A stretch of DNA of 64,000 nucleotides from Candidatus Bathyarchaeota archaeon (GTDB lineage: Archaea; Thermoproteota; Bathyarchaeia; Bathyarchaeales; Bathycorpusculaceae): assembly GCA_963772455.1 (NCBI GenBank), contig CAVYXJ010000012.1, positions 160,001 through 224,000 of the forward strand. The letters run 5' to 3'. The translations under genes were made by a program, and so were the position numbers. This document shows, in pieces, positions 1 through 9,720 of the stretch. Position 1 is the stretch's first letter. Every line of letters starts with the position of its first letter. The notes below the pieces were generated by a model that was given only the letters and a program-made list of their open reading frames with translations, had not been told where the DNA came from and did not search any database.

Positions 1-1289
1 AAGACGGCAATGTTTTCTTGTAATCCGGGTTTTGGGGAAAGAACTAAACCGCCAGCATAGGGAATATAGGGTTGTTCGATTCGTTTGGGGATAAGTTCGC
101 CTATTTTTTGTCCTTGTTTGATTAGAAACCATTCAACTCGAAAACCTACAGCAGCAGTCATCACATGGTCCAAAGGAAGACTTGTCAAGCTAGCAAGCCC
201 CATAGCAAGATCCAAAATCAATTTAGCTGTACCCTGCACTTTGCCAGCACTAGCCAAACCAAACTGAATTAATTCGACGCGTTTTTCCTTATCATCCCAG
301 TAATCCGCAAACGCCACATCTTCAACAACACTTTTGCTATCTTTCATTATATCCAAATTTTTTGCAAGGTTCCAAAGAGTCTTCACTTTCACCTCAGGAA
401 ACACATCCATAAAATCTGCCAAGTCAATGTTTACAATTCCTGTAATCGAAACGTGACCATAGATGCTTGTATGAGGTTCCAAATGTGCTCGATCGAAATT
501 TAGTTTCATTTTTAGTTTGTGGCTTCTGCCTTTGAGGTATGACCAATCGACTGAGTTGGCGCCAAAGGTTGCGATGATGTCGGGGTCGTACTTGCAGATA
601 TAGTCGATGAATTCTTCAATGATGATTTTGTCGTTTTTGTTTTCGTCAGCAATGAATTGTCTTGTTTTTCCGTTGCTAGTTGAAGTTGATATTATTATAA
701 CGGGGTTTCGTTCGGGTTTGGGTGAACCTTCGCGACTATAACAAATCATAGAATAACTTAGAACTCGTAAGTCTGGCTCAACTATTTTCTCAATAGGTTT
801 AGGCGGCGTTTTAGCGGAATAAACTTTAGATACTCTTACGCCTTGGGTGTTCTCTTCCTCATCTACATCAGCCTCATGCCAACTGCAAGGAGCTATATTA
901 TTGTCGATTAAATAACGCATTGATGCGCGAATTTCGTCTTCGAGGCAATCTTTTACGCCTTCGATGCTTCTAAGTTGCTTGGCAAGCTTGCTTGTTTCGG
1001 ATGCCACTTTGCAATAGACCTTTATTGCAGTCACGGGTTTGCCAAAGAAGCGGCGTTCAACAACTTCTGTCTTCACAATTGAAGAGCTGTAATCATTCAT
1101 GATTTTCTCTGCAACTTTCGATCCTTCAAACCCGTCGACTAACACAGCATAAAAGTAAGCAATAAAATTGCGGTCAATAATGAGTACTCTATTGTTGTCT
1201 GAGTCAATTCCCCATAACCATAATTCAATTGTGCCATTGTCTTTATCGATTTTAGGGTTAATATCTAAAAGCCAAAAGGAGAATATCAC
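1..1289 (-). CDS. polB: Family B DNA polymerase (PolB3-like), N-terminal half, truncated by window edge
   Basis: Not in the ORF track because its stop lies outside the window. Manual translation from GTG at 1289: MIFSFWLLDINPKIDKDNGTIELWLWGID...DPDIIATFGANSVDWSYL...LTSLPLDHVMTAAVGFRVEWFL...PYAGGLVLSPKPGLQENIAV. This matches the PolB3 N-terminal and exonuclease regions and the YxGG motif before polymerase motif A. Confidence 0.9.
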   Translation of the reverse strand, partial: MIFSFWLLDINPKIDKDNGTIELWLWGIDSDNNRVLIIDRNFIAYFYAVLVDGFEGSKVAEKIMNDYSSSIVKTEVVERRFFGKPVTAIKVYCKVASETSKLAKQLRSIEGVKDCLEDEIRASMRYLIDNNIAPCSWHEADVDEEENTQGVRVSKVYSAKTPPKPIEKIVEPDLRVLSYSMICYSREGSPKPERNPVIIISTSTSNGKTRQFIADENKNDKIIIEEFIDYICKYDPDIIATFGANSVDWSYLKGRSHKLKMKLNFDRAHLEPHTSIYGHVSITGIVNIDLADFMDVFPEVKVKTLWNLAKNLDIMKDSKSVVEDVAFADYWDDKEKRVELIQFGLASAGKVQGTAKLILDLAMGLASLTSLPLDHVMTAAVGFRVEWFLIKQGQKIGELIPKRIEQPYIPYAGGLVLSPKPGLQENIAV

Positions 1290-1393
1290 AAACAACCGCC
1301 ACTAAAACATAACACGAAAGCGCCTTTAAACCGTTTTCTCCAATAGATATTAGAAGGTTCTGGCAATGAGGCCATTTGAGTTCCCCTTGTGTC

Positions 1394-1420
1394 TGTTCCA
1401 CTATTGGAACATATTGTTCC
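1394..1420. promoter_or_regulatory. Palindromic operator GGAACA-TAT-TGTTCC with an extra upstream half-site
   Basis: Inverted repeat at 1406-1420, 51 nt upstream of the ATG at 1472. The same motif occurs at 50929-50943. Confidence 0.6.
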
Positions 1421-1471
1421 TTGAATAGAACTAAATCACGCTTAGCGTATTGACTATTTGATGGAGAGCAT

Positions 1472-2314
1472 ATGAAAAAGACCGAAGTGATAACTACAGC
1501 CGCTTTGTTAGGTTTAATCGTTTTAGTTCCATTCTTAATTGAGCTACAAACTGTCAAGGCGCAATCAGCAGATACAGAAAGCTACTCTTCCTCCCTCAAA
1601 ATATTATCTCCATCCAACACTACCTACAACTCAAATTCACTATTACTAAACGTAACAATACATCGTCAGTTTAAGCCAACCGAGTACAATTCAAGAATAA
1701 TGTATAGTCTAAACGGAGAAGCTAATGTGAGTGTTCCATCAACATCAACTTTTTTTGACTTAACAACACCAGGCTCTATCTGGAGCGCACTTGCCTCTTA
1801 CACCCTAATCTCAGGCACTACCACTTTACAAAACCTCTCTGAAGGTCACCATTTCTTAACTGTTTTTGGAATATATGAACGGGCAGAAGGAATCAGCACA
1901 AAATACCCAGCAATCATGCATGATATCAGAACGGTTTATTTTACAATTAACAAAGGCATTTCACCACATTTGACAAACCTTCAAATTGAGAATAAAACCT
2001 ACAGCCAAAATGATTTACCTTTGAATATTACTGTTGATAAGCAGGTTAGCTGGATGGGCTACAGTTTAGACGGGCAAACCAACATCACCTTTACTCAGAA
2101 CATAACTCTAAATGAATTAGCGTACGGGTCTCATAGCTTAACAGTATTTGCTAATGATACTCTTGGAAACATGGGAGCAAGTGAAAATGTAAATTTCTCT
2201 ATCGAGAGAAATGAGGATTTTCCTGTTTTGCCTTTCGCAATTATTTCGATAACAGCAATCATTTCTTTTTGTGCTGGTTTGATAGTCTATTACAAACGCA
2301 AAATGAAATTGTAG
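1472..2314 (+). CDS. Secreted Ig-like-domain protein with C-terminal TM anchor
   Basis: Signal peptide, repeated ILSP.N.TY / YSLDG / L..G.H.LTV units, then EDFPV, a hydrophobic helix and a basic tail (KRKMKL). Confidence 0.8.
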   Translation: MKKTEVITTAALLGLIVLVPFLIELQTVKAQSADTESYSSSLKILSPSNTTYNSNSLLLNVTIHRQFKPTEYNSRIMYSLNGEANVSVPSTSTFFDLTTPGSIWSALASYTLISGTTTLQNLSEGHHFLTVFGIYERAEGISTKYPAIMHDIRTVYFTINKGISPHLTNLQIENKTYSQNDLPLNITVDKQVSWMGYSLDGQTNITFTQNITLNELAYGSHSLTVFANDTLGNMGASENVNFSIERNEDFPVLPFAIISITAIISFCAGLIVYYKRKMKL

Positions 2315-2343
2315 AATTGTTACCTTAAAAGAAAAAAAAGTGT

Positions 2344-2640
2344 TTATGAATTTGGAATATTTCGTGCCCAACATGGTCCAAATCCAAAGGTGTTGCCGTA
2401 GCCTTGATTCGGTGCAGGAACTGGATTATTAGTTGAAATTGGTGGAGCTACATATTGGTTAGCGGATTGTTGGTTGTTTCTTAATCCAAAGCAGTTACCC
2501 ATCCATCCCCAGAAGCCATTATTGGCGTTTGTGCCACCATAAGTTTGGCTTGCAGATATTTGGGCTGAGGCTAATCCCACAATGGTCAACGTCAAGAATG
2601 CTACGGCGACCAAGACAATTATTATTTTTGTTTTTTGCAT
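2344..2640 (-). CDS. Small secreted Gly/Asn-rich protein
   Basis: 98-aa ORF with a signal peptide and GGTGA RBS, containing MGNCFG and GFGPCW motifs. Confidence 0.7.
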   Translation of the reverse strand: MQKTKIIIVLVAVAFLTLTIVGLASAQISASQTYGGTNANNGFWGWMGNCFGLRNNQQSANQYVAPPISTNNPVPAPNQGYGNTFGFGPCWARNIPNS

Positions 2641-2687
2641 TTTATCACCATATTAGAATATGGTCATGGACTCTTATGGTAGTTTAG

Positions 2688-2718
2688 TGAAACAAACTTG
2701 AAACAGTTTTTTGAAACA
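2688..2718. promoter_or_regulatory. Three TGAAACA direct repeats between divergent genes
   Basis: TGAAACA at 2688, 2699 and 2712. Confidence 0.45.
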
Positions 2719-2795
2719 GTCTGTAGTTGGAATTTAATGTTTTGAATGGTTTTTTTGGGTAAAACTTAATTTGCAGCCTCGAGTTTTAATTTAGT

Positions 2796-3431
2796 ATGCG
2801 AAAATTATACGTTTTTCTAGCTATTTTCTTAATTGCAATAGGTGTTTTTCTGTCTCTTGCCGTGGTAGGCTGGTATTTAGCCGCTACCTCTCCGTCTTAT
2901 TACGGTTCCAGCTGGATGAGTCAAATGTGGGGTCCTCATTTAGGCAGTGATGGAAATTATGGCGGTATGGGTGGAATGATGGGCAACGTTGGAACTACCT
3001 CTTCTTATTTGTGGATAATCCCTGTTGCATTAATTGGTATAGTCGTGGTATCTGTAATAGGGGTTGTTTTTTACTTAGCTTTTCCTCAGCTTAGATATGT
3101 TAAGAGAACTTGTGAAATTCCAAATACTAACGGTGCCCCAATGGAAGCTGTCAATAGTGATGTTGGCTTAGTCGGTAGCTCAACTGTTGAACCGAACACT
3201 TGCGGTGTGGTGTTAAAAACTATGACGCCTGAAGAACAGAAGGTTCTAAATGTCTTAGTTGCTCATCAAGGAAAGTATCTTCAAAAATATGTTAGCAAAG
3301 AAGCTGGACTTAGCAGACTCAAGACACATCGAATTGTGGCTCGTTTTGCTGAACGTGGCATTGTTACTGTTACAGAATTTGGAAACACTAATGAAATAGT
3401 TGTTTCCGACTGGGTTAAAAACTCAAAGTAA
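2796..3431 (+). CDS. Membrane-anchored winged-helix transcriptional regulator
   Basis: Two TM helices around a GGMGGMMG loop, then a C-terminal HTH (TPEEQKVL...Q...GLSRLKTHRIVARFAERGIV...GNTN). Confidence 0.8.
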   Translation: MRKLYVFLAIFLIAIGVFLSLAVVGWYLAATSPSYYGSSWMSQMWGPHLGSDGNYGGMGGMMGNVGTTSSYLWIIPVALIGIVVVSVIGVVFYLAFPQLRYVKRTCEIPNTNGAPMEAVNSDVGLVGSSTVEPNTCGVVLKTMTPEEQKVLNVLVAHQGKYLQKYVSKEAGLSRLKTHRIVARFAERGIVTVTEFGNTNEIVVSDWVKNSK

Positions 3432-3552
3432 AACCAGGACTATTGAATCCGCATTAAAAAAGTCAATGTGCAGGAAAAGTTGTTATTTTGAGGTGTTTCA
3501 AGCGCTGACTAGTCGATATGCTTAAATATGCACAACGGGTCAATGGAAAACA

Positions 3553-4947
3553 GTGAAAAAAATGAAAGTCACAACAATAGCAGCAATCGCATTAATAGCA
3601 ATAATCTTAACAGGAATAGCCGCATACACTGCGGGTTATTACACTCAAAATAATGGACAACCCCAACCAACACCAACTCCAACACCATCTCCATCGGCCT
3701 CACCAACTGTGACTCCAACTCCAACGCAGAGTACATCGCCCACACCAACTCGATCGCCCACCCCAACACCAAACCCAACTGCTTCTCCGTCGCCTACTCC
3801 AACTCCAATGCCCAGTCCCACAACACTTAGAGTTGCAACAACCACAAGCCTCTACGATACAGGTCTTGAGGATACTCCTGAAACTTTGAAAAACGGAACA
3901 GTAGTAAAAGACGACCTTAAAGACGCTTTCCAAGCTAAATATCCATGGATTACTGTTAACTTCATTGCTTTAGGAACGGGTGCAGCAATAGCTCAAGCAC
4001 AAAGAGGTGATGCAGACATGCTTCTGGTTCATTCGCCAGCCCAAGAATTAACTTTCCTAAAAGGCGGCTTTGGCGTTGACCGTAAAATAATCGCTTACAA
4101 CTTCTTTATCATTGTTGGTCCAACCAACAACCTTGCAGGAATAACTAGCACAGACAGCGTTTCGGACGCACTTGTCAAAATTTATAATGCACCACATACA
4201 GGCAGCAATCCAGTTTACTGGTTCTCTAGAAATGATGCGTCAGGTACAAACACAAAAGAAATTTCTTTATGGAATGCCGTTGCAAGCATAACCGGACAAA
4301 ACTATACTCAACTGACAAATTCAACTGCGAATCCATGGTTTAAGTCAACAGGAACTGGAATGGGGCAAACATTACTTGCAACTAACTACTATGGCAGTTC
4401 AGGTGGATATACAATTGCAGATACAGGCACGTTCCTCGCTTACTCAACAAGGGGGGACATTCAGCTGAAAGTGCTAGTTCAAGGACAACAATCATTGCTT
4501 AATGTTTACAGTGCAATAATCGATGATCCACGAAACTCCAATCTTGTAAATACAAATTTTGCCGCCTCTCTACTATTCGTTAATTATCTAGTGTCCACTG
4601 AAGGTCAACAATTAATCGGCAACTATGGTGTATCCCTTTACAACCAATCGCTCTTTACACCTTTTGTCCCATTAGCAACTGGAATAGTTTCTGATCCCCA
4701 ATTATTAGGCTGGATAAAAAGCTACGCCTATATGAGCTCAGATTCTACTCCAATAATTAGCGCTAGTGGAACCGAGTGCCCTACACAATTTAGATACAAC
4801 GAAGGATCTCTCTTCTCCGTCACATACATCGCAAACTCCAATGCCAACATTTCGTTCAACGTTCCAAACTACTACATTGCAGACAAGCCAAAAATCACAA
4901 CTGCACAAGGAATACTTTCACAAAGCAATAAGTTATACAGTGTTTAG
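3553..4947 (+). CDS. tupA: Tungstate ABC transporter substrate-binding protein with Pro/Thr linker
   Basis: [37 protein letters not shown] and TGTGMGQTL motifs of TupA. Confidence 0.9.
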   Translation: MKKMKVTTIAAIALIAIILTGIAAYTAGYYTQNNGQPQPTPTPTPSPSASPTVTPTPTQSTSPTPTRSPTPTPNPTASPSPTPTPMPSPTTLRVATTTSLYDTGLEDTPETLKNGTVVKDDLKDAFQAKYPWITVNFIALGTGAAIAQAQRGDADMLLVHSPAQELTFLKGGFGVDRKIIAYNFFIIVGPTNNLAGITSTDSVSDALVKIYNAPHTGSNPVYWFSRNDASGTNTKEISLWNAVASITGQNYTQLTNSTANPWFKSTGTGMGQTLLATNYYGSSGGYTIADTGTFLAYSTRGDIQLKVLVQGQQSLLNVYSAIIDDPRNSNLVNTNFAASLLFVNYLVSTEGQQLIGNYGVSLYNQSLFTPFVPLATGIVSDPQLLGWIKSYAYMSSDSTPIISASGTECPTQFRYNEGSLFSVTYIANSNANISFNVPNYYIADKPKITTAQGILSQSNKLYSV

Positions 4948-4995
4948 CTAGGAAAAAGCTCAAATTTTAATCCCCTCATTTTCTTTGTGATATGA

Positions 4996-5757
4996 ATGGC
5001 CGATATTATCGTTCAGGCTTTCCAGCAAGCAATTAATTTGATTGCAAGCGGAGATCCTGAAGTTTACGCCACAATTTACAGAACAATTTACGTTGCCGGT
5101 TTGGGAACTCTACTATCTTGCCTGTGGAGCATTCCACTTGCAGTGATAATAGGTCTGCACAATTTTAGGGGAAAATGGATAATCAAAGGCATTTTTAATG
5201 CTTTAATCGGTGTTCCTACGGTTGCATTAGGGTTACTCTTGTTTTTGCTTTTTTCACGTCAAGGAGAATTCGGATTCTTAAACCTCCTCTACACACTCAA
5301 CGGAATTGCAATTGGACAATCCATACTTGTTACCCCAATAATTGTTAGTTTCACAGCTAACGCTTTAGACAAAGCCGACATCCAATTAAGAGACCTTGCA
5401 AAAACCCTTGGAGCATCGGGAATTAGAACAAATTTAACTCTTATTCGTGAAACTTTTTGGTCGATGATGCTTTCCATAACTGCAGCTTTCAATAGAGGTT
5501 TTGGTGAACTTGGAATAGCAACAATTATTGGCGGCAGTTTAGCAGGCGAAACAAGGGTTTTAACGACTTCCATTGCGCTTGATTTAAACAGGGGATTCTT
5601 CGACGTCGCAATGGCATATGGAGTAATTCTTATGGTAATTGTAATTGTTCTGGCTTTAACTGTAAGCCTAATTGAGCGCTTAAGAAACGAAGATTTGGGC
5701 TGGAGTAAACTAATGCTATGGAATGGTTTTAGGAGCAAGGTAAAGTTTGAGCGTTAA
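4996..5757 (+). CDS. tupB: Tungstate ABC transporter permease
   Basis: PTVALGLLLFLLFSRQG and TRVLTTSIAL motifs; operonic with tupA. Confidence 0.9.
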   Translation: MADIIVQAFQQAINLIASGDPEVYATIYRTIYVAGLGTLLSCLWSIPLAVIIGLHNFRGKWIIKGIFNALIGVPTVALGLLLFLLFSRQGEFGFLNLLYTLNGIAIGQSILVTPIIVSFTANALDKADIQLRDLAKTLGASGIRTNLTLIRETFWSMMLSITAAFNRGFGELGIATIIGGSLAGETRVLTTSIALDLNRGFFDVAMAYGVILMVIVIVLALTVSLIERLRNEDLGWSKLMLWNGFRSKVKFER

Positions 5758-6463
5758 TCTTCAATTAGTGGATTTGAAAAAAAGTTACCGAACTGTAAAA
5801 GCATTAAAATCTGTTAATCTTACGTTGAATGGAAACAAGATAATAGTCCTCCTGGGCGTTAACGGCGCAGGAAAAAGCACCCTAATGCGCATTCTCGCAG
5901 GTTTAGAAAACGCTGATGAAGGAACAATTCTTTTCAACAATCAAAAAACAACTGCCAAAGAACTTCGCCAAGTCTCCACTTTAGTTTTTCAAAAAACAGC
6001 AATGTTCACCATGAATGTCTATGACAACTTGGCATATGGATTAAAAATTAGAAAAGTCCCCAACGAAGAAATTGAAAGGAGAGTACCTGACGCGCTGGCA
6101 GCTGTTAGGCTTTCTGATTTTGAAAAAAGACGCGCAAAAAAACTTTCTGGAGGAGAACAGCAGCGAATTGCTTTGGCACGGGCGTTTCTGCTGGATTCAA
6201 ACGTTCTACTTTTGGACGAGCCTACGGCGAACTTGGATCCAAACAGTGCCTTAATCATCGAGAAAGCAATTGTGAGTAAAAAAAATAATCAACGAATCAT
6301 AATAATGGCAACTCATAATCTTAATCAGGCAAGACGAATGGCCGATGAAATAGTTCACATCCATGACGGAGAAATAGTTGAGGTTGCAAATCCCGATGAT
6401 TTCTTTGAGAATCCTAAAAGTGAAGTGACTCGCAAATTTATAAATGGAGAATTGGATTTCTGA
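5747..6463 (+). CDS. tupC: Tungstate ABC transporter ATPase
   Basis: Walker A GVNGAGKS, signature LSGGEQQR, Walker B LLLDEPTANLDP. Confidence 0.9.
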   Translation: MSVNLQLVDLKKSYRTVKALKSVNLTLNGNKIIVLLGVNGAGKSTLMRILAGLENADEGTILFNNQKTTAKELRQVSTLVFQKTAMFTMNVYDNLAYGLKIRKVPNEEIERRVPDALAAVRLSDFEKRRAKKLSGGEQQRIALARAFLLDSNVLLLDEPTANLDPNSALIIEKAIVSKKNNQRIIIMATHNLNQARRMADEIVHIHDGEIVEVANPDDFFENPKSEVTRKFINGELDF

Positions 6464-6553
6464 AATTAATTTATATGTCAATTATAGTTTCTGCTTTCTT
6501 GATTTTGCAACAATGGTTTTATCTTTATACAATATAAGGTCAAGTTAGTTTAG

Positions 6554-6982
6554 TTAGGGTGCATGTAGCCAACCGCGTCCACTTTTCTTAGGTTGTTTAC
6601 CTTTTGGTTTTTTTGGAGCATATTCTTGGGCACGTTTGGTTTTTTGGCCTTGATTTTTAGTTATTTCTGTTTTTACAAATTTTCCCCATCCGCCTTCGCG
6701 ACGATCTGGTTGAATGTAGCGTTCGGGGTTTTCGACCATGTGTGTTTCAAGGATTTCTTTAAAATTCAGTGGTTTAAAATCCCTTGTGGCATGGATGATT
6801 GTGCCTCGTTCTACACGTAGAGACTCATAGTTTGCAACTGAGATGCCTTCGGCTCGGACTTCGTCATTTACGCGTTCGTTCCAAAGTTGTTTCCATTGAA
6901 CTTTGAGTTCTTCAACCAGTTCTTTCTGAGCTTTGGCTTTGTCCTCAGTTGGTTTGTTGGCTGAATCTTCTTTGCCTTGCAA
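6554..6982 (-). CDS. Hypothetical protein
   Basis: 142-aa charged ORF with a purine-rich RBS. Confidence 0.65.
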   Translation of the reverse strand: MQGKEDSANKPTEDKAKAQKELVEELKVQWKQLWNERVNDEVRAEGISVANYESLRVERGTIIHATRDFKPLNFKEILETHMVENPERYIQPDRREGGWGKFVKTEITKNQGQKTKRAQEYAPKKPKGKQPKKSGRGWLHAP

Positions 6983-7093
6983 GTTGACTTCTCTTCCATT
7001 TTAAGTTGTTAATTTATTCTTTGTTAGATTATTTAACTTTATTTAACATCCATTCTTAATCTTTGAAATGTTAATGGTGATGTTTTGGTGTCG

Positions 7094-7561
7094 TTAAATG
7101 CTGCCGGAAATTACTATGTTGAAGTCGAAATCGGATATGTCGCCTGTGTCAGCAGCTACGTTTAACGTGAGTGTTGCGGGTACTATGGCGCCTGCTTGGA
7201 GTGTGGCGCTTTCTTTATTCCACGTTAAGAATAGGCTTGACGTGGCGGATGGTGGATTTCAATCTTTGGCAGTCATGCTTAGGGTTTCAGTTATGTTGCC
7301 TGTATTTTTGACGTAAATTGTTTTTGTGGCAACGAATGGCGTAATCAGTGTACCCCAATCAATATTTGAGCATAATGTTGTGGCTTGCGAGTCACTGTAG
7401 ACACTTATGTTAACTGTGTTGGTTGTTATACTTCCGCCTAGGTGACCTTGTGCTGGGATGTTTTGTTGGGCGTTTAATATTCCTGCTGTTACTACTGAGA
7501 GTGCTATTGCAATGAAAACTAGGGTTATGAGTGGGATTATTGCTGCTTTTTTTAGTTGCAT
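7094..7561 (-). pseudogene. Secreted TasA/CalY-like protein with an in-frame TGA at a Trp position; paralog of 61955-62404
   Basis: The frame continues after TGA (7259-7261) as NPPSATSSLFLTWNKESATLQAGAIVPATLTLNVAADTG, which aligns with the paralog's WNPSNANTYLTLTWN...QATLTLTAAANTG. Confidence 0.7.
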
Positions 7562-7748
7562 AACTTTTTCCTAAATTCATTGTGTATAGCGTCTTAATAA
7601 ATGCTATACATTTCTGATCAGTAACAAGAAATAAAAAAAAGAAATTCAAGCAACAAAGTCCCTAAAACACGAATTATTTGCATTTAATAATTTCAACTAT
7701 TCTAACTATAATAAAAAATAGTTAAACTGCTCAAAGAAAATCCGGGAA

Positions 7749-8024
7749 TCAAGTGTCAAGAATCGCTTTTAATTCGCAATCAGGCGTGTAAATGATTACG
7801 CCGTCGGGATCTTCTTGTACGGATAAACTACGTTTTTTGGCAACTTCTCTAACCTTTTGTTTGTCTGTTTCAGGAATTATTCCTTTAATGTTGATGCGGT
7901 AACCAACTGAATCGCTGTCATTTGGGGTTTCAAAAGAGACGCATTCAGGCGATAAGTCATTGCATTGGCTCAGAAGCTCTTTTAAGTAGATGATTGCCTC
8001 TGATCTATCCAACGGAATCCCCAA
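7749..8024 (-). CDS. Small hypothetical protein, DRxEA family
   Basis: LDRSEAIIYLKELL N-terminus; similar to the genes at 9485, 18584 and 19015. Confidence 0.7.
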   Translation of the reverse strand: MGIPLDRSEAIIYLKELLSQCNDLSPECVSFETPNDSDSVGYRINIKGIIPETDKQKVREVAKKRSLSVQEDPDGVIIYTPDCELKAILDT

Positions 8025-8267
8025 TTGTCTCTTTCTTGTCTTTTAATATAAAAGGTTTGCACAAACATTTCCATATAATTAGCAGCGTTTTGTTTCATTT
8101 GCATGGTAAAGATTGTTACGTACGTATCAAAAATGTGTCTAACCGTAAAATTTTATAGAAAACTTATTTGATACCTGATCAAAAGGCGATATTTGAAGTT
8201 CAGCAGCTTAGCGGTTGTGATTTCAAAGTGTAATCACATTGTTTTATATTTTTGAGACAGCTAACCA

Positions 8268-8400
8268 GTTGGTAGGAATGCAAGGGATAGCCAACAAAAG
8301 TTGAGCGAATCCGGCTGCTAAATAAGGAAAGGCCGTTGCCCACCTACCCTTTTGGCCTAACCTGTTTGGCGTATGGCTTGGTTCGCTTAACTCTTCATTT
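8268..8400 (+). ncRNA. Candidate structured ncRNA (long rod hairpin plus pseudoknot)
   Basis: TTTATAT box at 8243-8249. Stem AGTTGAGCGAATC(8299-8311)/GGTTCGCTTAACT(8380-8392) is extended by further G-U-rich helices. Loop CCTACC is complementary to 5' GGTAGG. Confidence 0.55.
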
Positions 8401-9484
8401 TGGGTTGTCTGAAAAGCAATTTTAACTAATTTTTGTAGCGGTAGATTTCCAATATCAGGACTTTTTATTAAATTTGCATAAAAGAAAAAATGTTAAACTA
8501 TTCATAAACGATGTTTTGCGTCAGATTGCGCAACATGATAAAGCCCCTTTCACACTGTCAAAAGCCCAACAGCGATAACTGTTGAACGTTAAACGTTCAT
8601 ACGCTAACAGCACAACGCTAAAAGCTCCTCAAATCATCCGCATTTCAGCGTTTAACGGAGAAATTTTGCTCGTTTCGCTTCGACTTTGGATGTTAAAAAG
8701 TGCGAAAATTCTGGATGTTCGTCCGATTGATAGCGATACTGAAAACAGAAACGATGTTATGCTTTTGTGTCGCAATCTGAAAGCAATAAGCTATTTTTAG
8801 ACATCTCAACAAATTGGAAACATTATGTGCTTCAACTATCGCAAGGTTACATTTTTAATCTGGTTGATTGCAACTTTTAATGCTAATGGCCTATTTTTCT
8901 CGCTATTTCTAAAGACTTATTGCTTAAACTAAATTTTTTCTAACTACTGTTTGAACCTCTTAACGAAGACTAATGACCCAAAACTGATAGTAGTCATTCC
9001 TGCTAGTGAATAGCAGTGAGAAAAAAGATTACCTCGCGCGTATTAAGAAAAAGAAGCCTGAGCCCATTTCCATAAAAATTCCAACGGATTAGGAGAACGC
9101 TTCGGATTGATTATTGTTAAACCCGGATACTGAAGAATTAAATGGAACAAAAGGTGAAAACGATTTGAAAGATGAATGGTTCACTGAAAAAAAAATCAAA
9201 GACCGTTCACCATGGGGCAAAAGAGAGTTCAGCCTTCGATTTACCGGCGATGCGCGTTAATTTACCGTATTTTAGGCTGAAAAAACGTCCGATTTCACAT
9301 TTTGAGGTCGGGCAAGAATTCCTTTGCATTCTTCTTTATGGTATTATTCGATCTCAGACTGCCAGGGCCCCCGGTGACTTCTGTCGTGGTTTTCCCCGCA
9401 GGTATTCTGCAAAGAATCTTAATTGCTTTTTTGGTGGTTTAACAAGCAAGCTTTAAATTGCTTAAGTACACACAAGAATAACCT

Positions 9485-9720
9485 ATGAATCGCCAGGAAA
9501 CAGTCTCCTTGCTAAAGGAAATGATAGCTGTTTGTGGGTCATTCTATGATGCTCGAGCAGTATCCGTTCAAAATGGTGGGAACAGTGATAATTTGGGAAC
9601 TCTCATGTTTACTGGGTTCCTAATCCCTCAGATATCGAATGTATACAAAAAATACTTGCTGAACACATTTTAGAAATGGTTACTATTAACGGACGCTCTG
9701 TATTTCGGTCGAAAAAATAA
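9485..9720 (+). CDS. Small hypothetical protein, DRxEA family (frameshift near 9592)
   Basis: MNRQETVSLLKEMI..., continuing in another frame as WELHVYWVP...RSKK*. Confidence 0.55.

Noticed and set aside
85-267. Plus-strand 60-aa ORF, and similar short ORFs overlapping real genes across the window
   Set aside because: Antisense or alternative-frame shadows of well-supported genes (here polB).
3661-3822. CCAAC-rich tandem repeats and antisense GV-repeat ORFs
   Set aside because: This is the Pro/Thr linker of TupA; the opposite-strand ORFs are shadows.
7259-7261. Genome-wide UGA-to-Trp recoding or selenocysteine
   Set aside because: TGA terminates many intact genes here (e.g. 6463, 11789, 60877), TGG is used normally, and the aligned residue is Trp, not Cys.
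9325-9375. TPP-riboswitch-like GGGGGC...CTGAGA...ATACC on the minus strand
   Set aside because: The 3' half (GAACCTGAT...TAATGCC) is absent and no thiamine gene lies downstream.
8582-9456. ORF-track entries 8582-8800 and 9172-9456
   Set aside because: No recognisable motif or RBS, and the second overlaps the hairpin island; treated as spurious.
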